Part shown: positions 12,067 through 26,300 of the stretch, in pieces | Layout of the letters: every line of letters begins with the position of its first letter | Position numbering within the stretch: the first letter of the stretch is position 1 | Source: Phoronis australis | Lineage: Eukaryota; Animalia; Phoronida | Direction of reading: 5' to 3' | NCBI GenBank assembly: GCA_002633005.1 | Contig: NMRA01000174.1 | Coordinates: 456,030-520,029, forward strand | DNA length: 64,000 nucleotides | The notes under the pieces: model-generated | What the model saw: the letters and a program-made list of their open reading frames with translations, nothing else | What the model was told of the DNA's origin: nothing | The model's database searches: none | Position numbers and translations under genes: made by a program

Positions 12067-12176
12067 CGTTCAGTGTTTCACATTTTCTTAATTTAATGAA
12101 AAGCCAAATATGAAGTTTTACACCACACCAGCATTAACCACGGTGGCTTGGAAAAGATTAGAATTTATTTTTTCTT

Positions 12177-12247
12177 CACTCGAGCGCCCGATTTACAACT
12201 CGAGCGCCCGACTTCGAAGTCGAGTTCCGGACTTACAACTCGCGGCA
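12177..12247. repeat. ~20-bp tandem repeat (actcgagcgcccgatttaca-like, ~3.5 copies), probably the core of a transposon
   Basis: actcgagcgcccgatttaca actcgagcgcccgacttcga agtcgagttccggacttaca actcgcgg. Confidence 0.65.
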
Positions 12248-15200
12248 CCACAACCTTTTTATGTCCATGAAGCGCTAATTAAGTCATACCAAAATAACAA
12301 ATTTCAAACTGGAATAAATCGAGTTAGCTGCAGACAATCTTCCGTTGAAGCAATTTACAACCTCCATTTGATTCACAGAGTTACCACGTGTTACCAAGGA
12401 CGCTATTACCCCATAGTTAAAAATAAAACAAAACAAAACAAAACAAAACAAAGGATTTCACACAGCAAAACCCAGCCTAAAACTGTAGTTTTCAAAGAAG
12501 CTTCCACAAAAATCCCATGGTGGTATGAGTGAAGAACCTGTTACTTTGCGTATTTTGAGAACTGGCTACAAGGGCTTCTTAGGCGAGCCAACTGCACATG
12601 AAGGTTGAATGAAATTTTACAACGAAACACAAACACCTATCATCGATATATATTTTAGCCTACAGTATATAACCAAAACATAAAGTTACCTCGAATCAAA
12701 TGTACGTCCCTCCTGAATTATTACTGTTTACCTAACTATCGCGTTACTTCTATATTGAATGTGGAAGTTCCTGCTGGGTGCCATTGCATCGCAATCTTTT
12801 GCAAAAATTTAATTAATTTATTTTGAGGACAAGTAACCAATAAATACAAGAACGAGTGTTATAGGATATTATATTTACCAACTAGTTCAGAAAATTAATA
12901 AGTTCCGTTATAAAACTCATCTCCAAACAAGTACTGTAAATCTGGCAAGAAGTCCAGTTATCATTTTGACAACAGGACGAAGGAACGCAGTCCAAGTTTA
13001 CTCAGAGAGGTAAGAGAAACAAACTAAAAATAAGTGAAAGCTTGATTTTTTGCCGCTGTTTCCTTCTAGTTAAAAATCTATCAGCAGTTATTCGCAAATG
13101 CTTCTCGCGGATTTCCCGGGCGATTTTTTTGCTGATGGTAATCGAGATGACGACATGAACAAAAGGCAACAACTACTATGGTATGGTTTTAATTAGAAAT
13201 TAAAATGAACACTGACACGATTACTTTAAATGCACACTACTGTACAGAGAGTATATCATGTTTTATTTCTGCTATTAATGGGCTGGCGTAGTTGCTCGTG
13301 GAGCTAGTCGCTTATTTTGAGAAATAATCCTAGTGAAGAAACACGGGAGATTTGGCATTTTTTGTGGAAAAAAAATTTCCGTTGTCAGTACCTTGAATCT
13401 TCAAAAACCTCTGCCAGAAACGTCACGTTGCCTGCTTTCTAAATGTTAAATCATTTCCAGTGAGTATCAAGCTGTCATATTTATTAACAAGATATAAATT
13501 AGGTTGATTCATCAAACAGTAGAGGTTCCTAAACGTACATATATATACCCAGCAATCTTACGTCACGAGAAAATGCGGAGTCCTGTAAAATTTCCAGATA
13601 CTCTTAAGTTTGCACTCAATTTGTTTTCTTTACGATGCCACAAACCAATCAATCGATTGTTCTTGGCCACCATCCTTCTGTGCAAAGTTGCACAAATTAC
13701 CAAGTGCCACCGATATTCATTTTGAAAAAGGCCTATATCAACTCTGAACTCACATACGTGGTGAGCATACTTGAACAAACTTGTTAATTCCTCAGATGAA
13801 GTCTTCATTGATGAAGTGGCTTGCCATTGCGGTGGTAGCTGTAACAAGCGTGAATTCGCAACCAATAAAAGAGTTGGAATCAGGTAAGCCTCATATCACA
13901 CAGTAAAATTTAAGAGGGCCTTTGTGCAGTTTTTTTGACGATGCCCGGTTCGTTGAAAGTGTTAATTGCCTGGGGTTTCTAGAGAACCTCTACCCCTTCA
14001 TTTGGGTACTCAAGTCACCAATTATGCATCAGTCATACGCTATAAGGTAATTGACGAAATGTGCATGAAAGCATTCTCCTGACTGTTCTTTGACAACCGG
14101 CAAGTCAATACCACCAATTAACCAAAATTTCAAAATTGGGAGATTTCCTACGTTTGTTTGGCCTAAACTATAAGCGGCCTGCGCTGCTGGCAACCCAATC
14201 ACGTAACCTGCGGATTTATTCGATTAAAAAACAATGTTTTCTCTTCCCCTCCTCTCTTTACATGGTACCCAACTTTCACATGCAATAAAATAAAAAATTG
14301 CATTGCGCAGACTATTGTTTACCATGGAAACTTGTGATTTGAGGAGAGATTTGACGGAGTCAGTCGGTTTCTGTACTTCTGATTTTTGTTTGTTTGCTTA
14401 AAACCAGACTACAACCATGGTAACACAAGTAAATTTAGTTCCTACAATATGTTAAAAGCATCACCGGCTCTAACCACACTGCAGTGATAATTAACTTGTC
14501 AAATGTGATAGACAACCTGCGTTGTTACCTGACATACGTCTACGTCATCGCCAGAAACCTCATTACACTGAGCTACGAACAACACCTGTTCACATTGGTG
14601 TTCTATTCAATATACTCTGGTAACTGCAGTAGGTACACACTTCTACCGCAAAAACGGGCGCACATTTAAACTACTGGTACTGGCGGTTCTTTGTTGGCCC
14701 GTTCTCTCGAAAAAGCTGCTTCACGTACCATTAGGCTGACGTGCCAGTGTTTTTTCTTGTATTGCTAAAGTACTGCTGGGACGATCTGGATGGTTCAATA
14801 AATCTAGAATAATAAAAGTCGCTTTAAAGAAATCGCCTGAATCAATCTTTTGTGGGTGCTTTAGTGTATGCTTGGGCATCTTAATTGTTTTTGAAAGATC
14901 TCTGGCAGATCGAAAATTCCGTTCCCCTGTCTCCGCGCCAACACAACTAATGTCTGGAATAGAAAGTAACTAGACTCTGTTTCGATTATTTATCTCAAAA
15001 CTTATCCTAGTGTGCAACTGTACAGCTACAATTTACTTCTTCCATTCAGCGAAAACACTGGATGACGTGGGTTGAGGTGGGGGTCTTTCCCAGTTTTCAA
15101 AACTCCTTACAAATATTGAAGGACTTATAGGGTTGCAGAAAATGACCGTTTCAAAGATGTAAGCGACCTAATCCTTTTGTTAACGTTTGCAAGGTAAAAC

Positions 15201-17134
15201 CAGGTTTAGTATCCTGTCGATTACCGATGGTGAGTGTCGTGTTATTACGGTAAATTTTCACCTATTTAGCACATAACATGACCAAATTTCTATACAACAA
15301 TCAAGATTAAGAAAGTTTTAATCTTATTACTAGCATGGTTTGCACTGTGTAGATGTCACAAAACAGCATATAGAAAAAAAGTTTCTCATCGCTTGCAAAG
15401 AGGTGATCTGCCTTTGAAAATTTGAAAGTGACATTTTTGGCAATAACTTTTTAGCGAAATAAGTGGAGAATTACCGTAACATAGTTGGAAAGCTAAATTA
15501 AAGGAGTGAAGGGCGAACATTTTCAGGAACACAGAATGTCGAAGAAACTGAAGACCTGCCAGGGTTGAATAAAGGAGAATATGTGCCTTTGATTGGAAAG
15601 GTCTTGGAGCCAGAGAATGTCCCTATTCAACATGTTGTAATGAAAAAAGAGGGGCAACAAAAGCCATTTGTACAAGGAATCATACCACCATACGCAGAGC
15701 TTTGTATTGCCTATGGCATATGTTAACAGGCTAAAGAAGTGAAAAAAATCATAGACGTAATGGCAATTACCAAGAATGACTGTTAACTGAGTGTATATTT
15801 ATTAAATACATGACAGCTATGACAAACACTAAAGGATGTTATGAAATAAATGAAGCATTCTAAATAGAGAGATTATAAATACAGTAACTGCTCTACAGTT
15901 TCGCAAACTCTACTCAATTTGCACACCAAAAATATTCAACATTCGCACATGACGAAGGCGTTTATCTTTTGAAAAAATTATTTAATTGTGAGAGAAATTG
16001 TAGAGCCGTTAGGTAGTAAAAATCTTTGCTGTTATGAAAATTATTAGAAATGCCTGAAAAGTGAGTCTACATTATTTAATTAAATACTTGACATAATGTA
16101 ATTCATGTGCCGTTAAAACAACTTAAAATATTCAGGACTGTTGTATAATAAAGGAACTAAATAAGTATTTTTAAGATTGACTGACTGACGTCTTTGTCAT
16201 TATATCAAACATGTATGAAAAAATAATAAAAGAATTAAAGTGATGCATTGAGTTTTAAGACAACCTCTAAAATAAAGTACATTGAAAATAAGATATAAGG
16301 ACATGTAAAAGATTGGAGCACTGCATCAAAGCTTTTTCTCCAGCTGAAGCCATTTGATAAATTCGAGGGACATTCATTTCGGTCAACCTCACCAGCTAAA
16401 GTGAAAATTGTAAACCTGGTTACTCAGCCAGACAAAATGTACATCAAAGCTTCCCATACAATGACAGGAAATGATTTCCATCCCCAAGCAGATCATCAAG
16501 GGCACCCACAAGTGAAAGCAAACATTAATTTTAATGTGGTAGCCAACCCTTCCATTTGGTTCACATCGATTGCCAGCGAAGTCCCAGTTCTTTTTCATAG
16601 CAGAAATCAATTGCTGGTATGAGAAGGAAACTTTTGAACCAGTTTGTTAATGCGCTTAGTCCATCATTTTCATTTTTAAGACAAGAATATGGGGGTGCTG
16701 GACACAGACATTAAAATGCTGTAACGTCATTGCCATCAGCTTGTTTTCTCCATTCAACAATTGTATCATTATAGGCTAAGCTCAACAATATCAGTTCAGT
16801 TTCTGTCTGAGGATGACATGAATTTGCACCAGAGTTTGCTCAAATGATCTTTAATCAGTTGAATCAAAGTCACTTTGCACAAGTTTTCATGGAAACCAGA
16901 ATATCAACTTCACATGGCTACAGGACATCGTATACCAAATGAGTTCCCACAGCTTATCCACTTATATTCATGCACTCATAGTGACAAAACGTGCATGAGT
17001 TTGGCCACGGTATCTTTGGTTAGTTCACTTAGGTTCAGTTTGCAATGATCTTCATCAGTCCATGGTGTATATTCTCTTTGAACAAATCTCCACAGAGTGT
17101 TTGTACAAAATCAATGTTGTCACAGCTCATCCCT

Positions 17135-17304
17135 CTACAATTCTGTGTCTTTGATATTTGATGACGAGAATGTGCGCCTGAGCTTAGCCACGGGACCTTT
17201 AGCCTGTTGTACCAACTTCACCTTGGACGGATCACCATGAGATATCTGGAGCAGTATGTCGACACTGTTCTCCAGGCTTACCCATTTAGTTACTTCAAAC
17301 TGAT
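17135..17304 (-). CDS. SMP-C2 gene terminal coding exon
   Basis: tttcag|QFEVTKWVSLENSVDILLQISHGDPSKVKLVQQAKGPVAKLRRTFSSSNIKDTEL*. Confidence 0.82.
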
Positions 17305-20300
17305 CTGAAAAGGTACAAACATGGATATATACATCACATCAAAACCTCAAAATAATTTGCATAATTATATTTCGCTGTGCTTAAATGACTAGGAATGAAA
17401 ATTGAATTGGAGCTTTTACTCTCAATACATTGGTATCCTAATATTCTTTACTGTTATACGTTTCTATTTCCATTACCACCGACAACATTGAACACATTAG
17501 GGTCTCAAGAAAACGCTATGGAGTTTATTGGGGTTGGCCAATCCAAAAATTGCAGATTCAAAAATGGTGCATGTACACATTGCCTGACTTGAGTTGCCGG
17601 CTCTTTTGGCAACAATTCAAGACTGGATGAGCGTGGTAATGGTTTTAAATCCCAAAGCGCTTCCTAAACAGGGGCAAAATGTACATATTTTTGCATCACC
17701 TTAAATCAATGTATTGGATTGCTTTAACCTAAACAAGGGGTACAATTACATGATTTTCAAGAGTGTGCAAAATATGACTGATAAGTTGTAATTAATAAAC
17801 ACAATTTGAATTGAACGGGACTTGATTGTCCTTTCTTTCAAAAGCCTTTCTGACATTAGTTAAAGCAATATGGATCCTATAAACCCTAAGTATTAATATT
17901 CACAACGGAAAATCACTGTCAATATGCTAAGGTGAAATCACTGTATGGGATTCAAAACTTTGCAATATGACAGCAGTTGATAGAAAATGTAGCTTTAAAA
18001 GAATATAAGACAAAAATTGTTTAAATTCTGAATTAAAAATATGTTATTGGTAAAAACATGACACCACATTACCTTGAATCAAATACTTTAGAGTGAGTCC
18101 TTTCGAGGCAATGTATTCTTTATACGTATTCTTGACGTCAAAAATCATCAAAGCATCCATTGAAACACCAGACCCTGTATCAACCTATGATATCAATTAG
18201 ATGACAATCAACACTGAAACAAGCACCCAACACTCAATCCATAATAAGTGACTGACAAATGGACAAATTTCAAAATTCCAGTAAAAATAAAATAAAATAA
18301 AATAAAATAAAAATTGTATGTGTATGAAAGTGTTTTCTTTTCTAACTGAGACAAGTTACAAAACTTGAAAGTTTCCTACATCATCTAAGAACTCAGAAAC
18401 AACAGAAACAGTTATTGCACACAACATGGCGCTGAAGTAAACATTTATTTTGTCAAATTTCTCAATAAGAACAAAGATTAATAAAATTTCCCTTTATCAT
18501 TAGCTTAAAATGCAATATGGCAAACTTCCTAAAATTTGCAACAAGGCAAATACAGCCTATGAAAAATCCAAAAATAACACAATGTTCACAATTATTCCTG
18601 TGCCAAATCAGCGAAGAGCTACCACAGTTTATATAGTTGCAACAGTTGAAATCATCATCTTAAGAAGAAGTTAATGCCAAGCACACAATTGTGTCAAAAG
18701 ACTTCTTGGTCTTGGGGTACGTTCATGAAAAGTGACTGAAGTCTTAAGTCAAATCTTTGGTCAGGCACTGCCACTTCAAAATTACCGAATAAAGGTTTTA
18801 CCATGTAATCATTATCACAATCTAGAAATAATTCATACAAATTATCTCAGTAACTAATAGTTATGTGTAACTTTTCGGAAACTTAGTACTTTTACTAATT
18901 AAAAGAGATCTTTAATGATTTTTCACGAACAGTTGAGTGGAGCGAAAGACCAAATTTCTGATTTAAAGTCTTGAGGTCCAAGACCACAGTTCGGGCCCTA
19001 AACATGAAGAAAATGGGGTGGGTGAGGTTTGACAGCAATTTTATGGAGTAAATGGGAAGTGATTGTCATGAATGGTATTAAGTACTTCCTTGAAGTTGTT
19101 TCGAGTGATTGGAGTCCAGAAATTTGGCCACTGCTTGTGTCTGCCCAGATACAGACATCCCATCCTCTTCAAAGCACATCCTTGTTCAGTATTGAATTTT
19201 TGGTACGAATCCAGGCACCCTTCAGACAATTGGAAAGTGTCAAAAATCTGGCTAGTAATGACTTTTTTTAACCTCAATTTCTGGAATCTAGAGTGCATGA
19301 GCATTAGAATTCTTGCTTCCTCTCTTGCACTGGGGCAGTTGTGAATTTGTGATTTTGAGAAGAAAAAAGCGAAAATTGTAATTCGTTAGTCAATTTTTGG
19401 CATCTCATTTTTTGTCTGATAGATGAAGCAAGGCAACAGGACATGGCTTTGTTGAATTTCTTCATCATTAAGACACCCCATGGCATGTACTTTTTATCAG
19501 TTATACCTTTTTTCAGGTGTCTTGAGACAGGGTGCAATTAAACAAGGGTTTTCATTGACCCTGACCACTGATAACGTTAAAATCAGCCACTCGAACTGTG
19601 GTCTGAGTCAGTTTTTGTGAAGCGTAACCCCTGATGACTGTGCTGTGCTCCTTACCACAAAACTCTTGTTGAAGTCACAGACTGTTTCCGGTTTCATTCT
19701 CGAAGACTTTCCAAGAACTTTTCCTTGAGACAGTTTTTGAATTCTTTGTTCAGCAGGACGACTGCAGAAGGTAACCATGCATAAAGTTACAAGAAGCATC
19801 TTGAAGTCATTAAAAACTTGCACTTTCCAAAGAGGAAATTTATCTGGTAAAATTTACCACAAAAACTTGATGCACAGATGAGTGATGCTTCACGTGTAAT
19901 AACATGACAACAATGTCATTGCTTTAAAAAAAATTGTATCTCACTGAAAACACTAACTGGCCTACCTGTCCAGTGGGGGTCTGTTGTAAGTAATCTGACA
20001 ATTTACACACACCTAGAGAATGCACATAACCTGATTACAAAAAGGAACAAACACTCACCTGTCTAGTCTGATTTTACAATACAGGTCCCCCTTCAGGTTA
20101 TGAATGCCTCTAGCTTTCAACAGTTTTCCAACAACATAGTAGTATTTTTCTTCTGTAATGTTGAGGCTCAAATCTAAAACATAATATTCAAAAGTCTTAA
20201 AGTAAAGAACAATGAAAAGATGTACTGGGCATTTTAACCACTTTAATCAGTAAACAATGTCATGACAACTTTTAAAACAAAGAAAACATCTTAACTGAAG

Positions 20301-23300
20301 ATAATCAGAAAAATCTTATTTAGTCTTTCAATAAGTTATCGGGTATCAAGTGCAGAATAGTCTTAACTACCAGAACATAATGCAAGTCAAGAGAATGACA
20401 GACATGATTAATAACCATCCAATGTACAATATTACAAATAAACATAAAAAAATCAATGAAACATCTAATGAAAAATCTGAGACAGGGTTTTCGTATTGAA
20501 TGATCGTGCTGTCTGAAAATTCAAACAACAGGAAAATATGTGGGCCCTTTTCAAAGAAATCGTGTTTTGAAGTTTATAGGCTGACCCAAACAATGAACAA
20601 AGAAAAATGGCATTTTGTGTTATCTGTAACCCACTCAACATTTCTCCATCGCATTATCATTCAAACTGATCTTGGTGGCTGTGACAGCTAATGAAATGTG
20701 CTTAAAGACACTTCTATATAGGTCATTTTTTTTCAATAGTTACGAAAACTTGATAAGACTGGACCAATTAATCAGCGTTTTTGTGCCCTTGCCGGCCTCA
20801 GAGAAATGAGTTGTTGCGTCACGTGACCATCAGAGGTGGTGCTTATAAAATTAGGTCACCTCGCATAGCAGTGAGTCAGTGAAAGTGATTGAAAGTGCAG
20901 AAATATTGCCGAGGAAACGCCCCCGTGAAAGACAAGACAAAATTTAGAACTGGTTCAGAGAGAAGTATGCGATAAAATTTCTGAACTCGGGTAAGAGGTG
21001 TGTTGAATTTTGTCAGTAGCTGAGTAATTTATTTACAGTTTGCTAAGCTGTGCTACAGAGACTGACGGTAGGGCCGACAAGTGCTTTCACGCGTTGCAAT
21101 TTCTAAAAATAAACTCACAATCTTAAATTTACGGTTTGAGTATCATCTAAGATCTATTCTGAATACTAGGTATCACGGAGGGCAATACTTTACTGCACAC
21201 AAGTCATCTACAGAGTTCTAAATAGTGATATTTATAATCACTGAGTGAAGTTGCATGACTTCAATAATGATTGTCGGGATTTACGGCGGGTTATTGAACC
21301 TACTGATAAACACTAGGGCTTTGAGTTGTGGAACAAATTTGGCACACAATATGATTTAACTGACACATTGCAGGTAAGTTTCATGTTCTAGGAGGGGCCT
21401 GCGAAAAAACGGTGATTTTAAATAGAAAAATACAGTTGTAAGGGCAAAATGAAAAAAATTTGAAATCCTCCCAAACTTTGTTATGAATAAAAGAAATATA
21501 TCAAAACCAACAAAATTTACTGAGACAGAGGTACACGTATCCTTGAGGCGCTAGGTCGATAGAGTGGCAGATGTCAAAAACTCAAAAATAACAAAAATGG
21601 CCATACAGTGCATGGAATACATCCGAAAATAGGAAGGTGTCATTGTCTATATCATAGAAACCATGTTTCATGAATATTCGTCAGGGAACTCCAAAGAAGA
21701 GGAAAACATACAAAATAAAATTGCCACAAGAGCTTGGTAGTTGGTTCCGTCCAAAAGTCATCAATCATGGTCATTTCCCAGAAATACAACTGTCAAATTT
21801 GAAAAAGATTCTGCAAGTTTAGGAGATACAGCCACAGATGCCAATCAACTACCAAACGGGACTGCCACAGAAGTCAGAGCTGTCTGAAAACTTACTCATG
21901 CCGTCCCATTCATTATAAAAACATATCTACATAATTTCACGAGTATCCATCAAGGGTTTTAGGAGATACAGCAGCGGATGCTGGAAGGACAGACTGGGAT
22001 AACAGCAGCAGCTCCACACTATATATATGTGGATGCATAAAATGTTTTTTGGCTTTGCAACCAATAATATCCCTTTAAAAAGTTTGGGGATACCATTAAT
22101 GTCCTATAAGGTACACATTTTTAAAACGCTAATAACACTATTACACAAATAATTCAGTCATAATGATAGTAATAACGATTGTTACGACAAAAATAATGAC
22201 AATGTAAAAGCTCATTATTTTGTCTAGAGTTGTTACTTAACCACTTACTGGAACCCTTGTCAGCTGAGACACTGTGCGTAGACCCCAGTGAACTCAATCT
22301 GCAAACAAACGGAATATGAATAAATACACAACACTCCGATAAACAACCAATAGAATTTAAATCATAGTTTCACCTTAACAATAGTTTCAAAATAAAGAAG
22401 ATTTCACACAAACTAACTTTCAGAATAGTCTGTTCATGTCTGGTTGCCACCTGAGCCTGCAAACAACAAGGTGTCTCCTTGAGTATTAATATTGAATCTT
22501 TTTCTTAATTTTTATTGATTCAATTTATAGATATTATAGTGATACATATGCAAATTAATATACCAGAACAAATCATACGGTTGCTACATCATAATTAAGC
22601 TTTATTATAAACTATCGACATTATTTACAAGTATTTCCTCACACTGATAAGCAAAAGCAAACCAACAGCCAAGCAATCACAAAACATCTTACGAGTCAGA
22701 CTTCTTCATAGCCCAATCTTCCCTGTTTGATCTGTGCAGTTCACTCCCAGACAGGCGAGGTCGTCTTTGGCTGACTTTTTGAACATTTGGTTCTGAGCCA
22801 GCTCTCCGCATTTGAGAGGTGCCACTACGACGTTTAGGTTGAATTGCCTTTTCGTACGCAATATTGATTCGATGAGCAATAGGATCATCTAACTAAAAAT
22901 TCAACAACCCATATTTTTGTAATAGATTCACCTTTATTTTGCATTTCTTTACACCAAAAACATGAAACAGCAGTCAATTGAAACCAGAAAAAATAAGAAA
23001 AAAAATCAGTTTCTCAACTCTACGTTTAGTCATTAACAAAACAAAAACACAGAAGAGAATGTTTCAAATCATATGATAACCCTATGGACAAATATCTCAC
23101 ATTCAACGCTTCAACAACATATCAGTAGCAGAAAACAAATGAAAACATTAGGAACAATAACCATACCTGAACATCATCAAGGTTGGTTTCCATCACTCTC
23201 TTATTCCATAGTTTCCCAGATCTGGGAGAGTCTACTGCCGATGACGATGTGGGGGACATAGCCTCTGCTCTTAGGTTTTGCCTCGAGTTTTCGACAGAGC

Positions 23301-26300
23301 GCGACAAGTGACCTCTCCTGGCAGACTCCAAGTCACGTTCGGGTGCATCTTGGAAACAATTCTCGGCCAACATAGCTTTCCTGGTTGAAAGCAGGTCAAA
23401 TTCAGGCGATGTCATGCTACGTTCTAGAGGCGATTTGCGCGTCCGTGTACGCGGGAGAGATCTATGTTCAGGTAGACTTGTAGACAAGCTAGGTGATTGA
23501 GGATTGAGACCCAGACTGCCATCTGTCGAATCATCGAAGGATACACCACGGCTTTGGCTGTACCTACGCCTCAGTTCTGCCACATATGGCGGCGACATTA
23601 TGTCCGTGTTTGACAGACGCACCATGTTGGTTGTTGTTGGCAATGGTGGCGGTGATGTGGCGTTACCAACAGATGATTTGAGGTCGTGATCTGGAAGCAA
23701 TTTGATGGGCTCACTTAAGTTAGAGCCACTACTGCTTGACCTCTTGTTGATATTATTATTATCATTGCCCCTTTTGTCTCTGTCTTTATCAGCACCAGAC
23801 TGCCTGCGCTTGCGAGATTTGGAATTTGCAAAGGAAGATTTAACTGGTGTGCTGACATTGGATCCCACATCACCATCGAAGACAGAATCGGAGCTCTCTT
23901 GTCGACTGGTTCGGCGCTTAGTTGGAGCAGTCACTTCACCCTGTTGCTGGACACTAGAGGTCAGGTCAGGGGTGACCTTGATCGAGCACTGAAGGTGCCC
24001 TGAGGGTACACCTTGCAGCTGGAACCAGTGAGGACTACCCTGAAAGAAAGAAGAGAAATGTTTCAGTTCCGCAGTCAGGGTAATTTTCTATTGCTAAATT
24101 TGAAAACATACAATGAAAGAAAAACAGTGGAAAAAAGTTGAATATCAATTTATCGTGATGGATACAAGTAAACAACTGAAACTGAGTTAATAAACATATT
24201 GAATAGTAACAAACAACCAAAAAAGAACAAAAGGAATTATTTGTAAACTTACTTAAATTTAAACTTCAGCTACTGTTTCTTTGGTATAATGAAGATAAGA
24301 AAAAAACTCAACTTTTTCATAGAAATTAAAAAGAATAATCATACCTGAGACGATATTTTTTGAATTTCATCAATTCCCAGAGTGACAGAGCCCAAGAAAT
24401 CTTTAACAAACAGCCGGTCTCGGTCCCATATGATCTGAAAAGACAAGCAAGAATTCGAGAAGTTCAAAATTGTTCTAAATAGAAAATACATCCTTCATCA
24501 CAAATAAATCATACATCAAAATAATCAGCAACTTTGAAAAATGTGTTTGAATTTTTTTGTCAACATAAGACAGACGAATGACTTTGAAACGTTTCATGTT
24601 TTCACCTTTTCTGAAGATGATGATCACTCAATTTCCGCAAAATATTCCCAAAATTTTCAAATGAAAAAATTTCACTTTCAAATTCCATACAGTGTATAAT
24701 AAGGTCCCCAAAATCTACTGGCGGTTGGCATTGCCCCACCAATATCAAGTTCTTTACCTTCTTTAGATATCACACCAACAATATTTTTCCCCAAGTCAAA
24801 ACTTAATTTTCTTGCTGTGGAAACGAGGTCAACGTGACAAAACCAACTGTGGTGACCTTTAACATCTCAGTACAAAATACGACCATAACCTCCCTTCTTG
24901 AGATATTGTGCTGACATATTTTTCCAAAAAATTGATTTTCTCCATTTGATCTAGAAAATGATATCAAGGTCATCACAATCGACTAGTGCATAGAGTCGCC
25001 TCATCTTGGTGCAAAATATGAACACTTTCTAAATCTCCTTCCTTGAGACATGGTGTTAACATTTTCCCCAAGTCAAAACCTGATGTTCTCAATATGACCT
25101 TGAAAGTGATTCAAGGTCACCAAAATCAACTAGTAACTGGAACTGCCCCACAAAACATGAACAAAATTTAAAGCTTTGATCTTAAGACATCGCACCAACA
25201 ACATTGTTAGCACAAAGCCGGGGACAAAACTTCCCACTGAGGTCAAAATCCGCTTAAACTCACACAGACACTCGGCATATGAGGATTGGTTCTCTTTAAC
25301 TGCATCAGTGAACACTTCTTAGCCATGTTTTACAACAGACGTGTTGTGAAAAACAAGACAGGGATTAGTTTGTTGTAAGTGTAGAGATTATTACATAGTA
25401 TTGAGCAAGAAAGCCAGTTATGAAAGTGCTTGGCCCGTACTTCACACCCTTACTACTTAGGCTCACCCATACTTCACACCCTTACTACTTAGGCTCACCC
25501 ATATTTCACTACAAGGTCTACTCCAAACAGTGCATAAGGCAACGCTTGGAAATCAGCATGAAGAGGTTGAATTTGGCCACAAAACTGACTGGTGTTTTGA
25601 AACGTGTTTATTGTCCGCGACCATGCTTGGCATAAAATGACCTGCTGAGACAAGCCAAATTGTTAAGCAGTATAATTCATAGCAAGTTCTAAACAGGACC
25701 GCTGTCAGGTCAAATTTGATAAAGGAGCGGACCACTTTCATAACACAGTAAGTGGTCAGAACCAAAACTGAGGTTTGTAGCAGCTCCAACCGGGTAACAT
25801 CAAAACACACAGGAACACGACACAAAACTTACAAGCTCCAAGAAATCCTCATCGCTGGGCATTACCATGGTGACATTTTCTTCCCACACTGGTGCAACGG
25901 TGCTGCATTTTGTGGTGGTTCTAAACTTCACCTCTGGTCCTATCTTGATTTCACAGTAAGGATCACTGAAACCTGGAAACAAAAATTTGTGGCATATTTA
26001 AACACAACAAGACTGTGAAACAGTGTAATGAATAAATTAGAACATCTCCAATTGACAGTTTTCAGTAATTTTTTAAAAAGTTGATTATTTAAAATCTATT
26101 TCAAAAACAAAACAATTTAATAGGCTTTACTTAGATACTGTAAATTAAAAATGAAAAAGGACATAAAACATGAGGAATAAGTTGAAAGGTAATCAAAGTA
26201 ATTAACTTCCACTACTTAAAAACATCCAACAGATTATACATAAAATAATACACCATAGGTTGTATATGCAGGCATAAGAATAGTTAAAATAACAGTAGAT

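Noticed and set aside
12110-12532. 140-aa ORF downstream of gene 1
   Set aside because: Runs through a tandem repeat and an (AAAAC)n tract; no recognisable domain.
19029-19537. Cluster of overlapping 77-90 aa intronic ORFs
   Set aside because: No recognisable motif, and not needed for the exon chain; possibly decayed TE sequence but unsupported.
20702-21545. Possible TTAA-flanked Kolobok-type element
   Set aside because: The left end looks right (TTAAAGACAC), but I could not find a matching right TIR/TSD.
23504-23992. Leu-rich + strand ORFs
   Set aside because: Antisense shadows of the large minus-strand coding exon.
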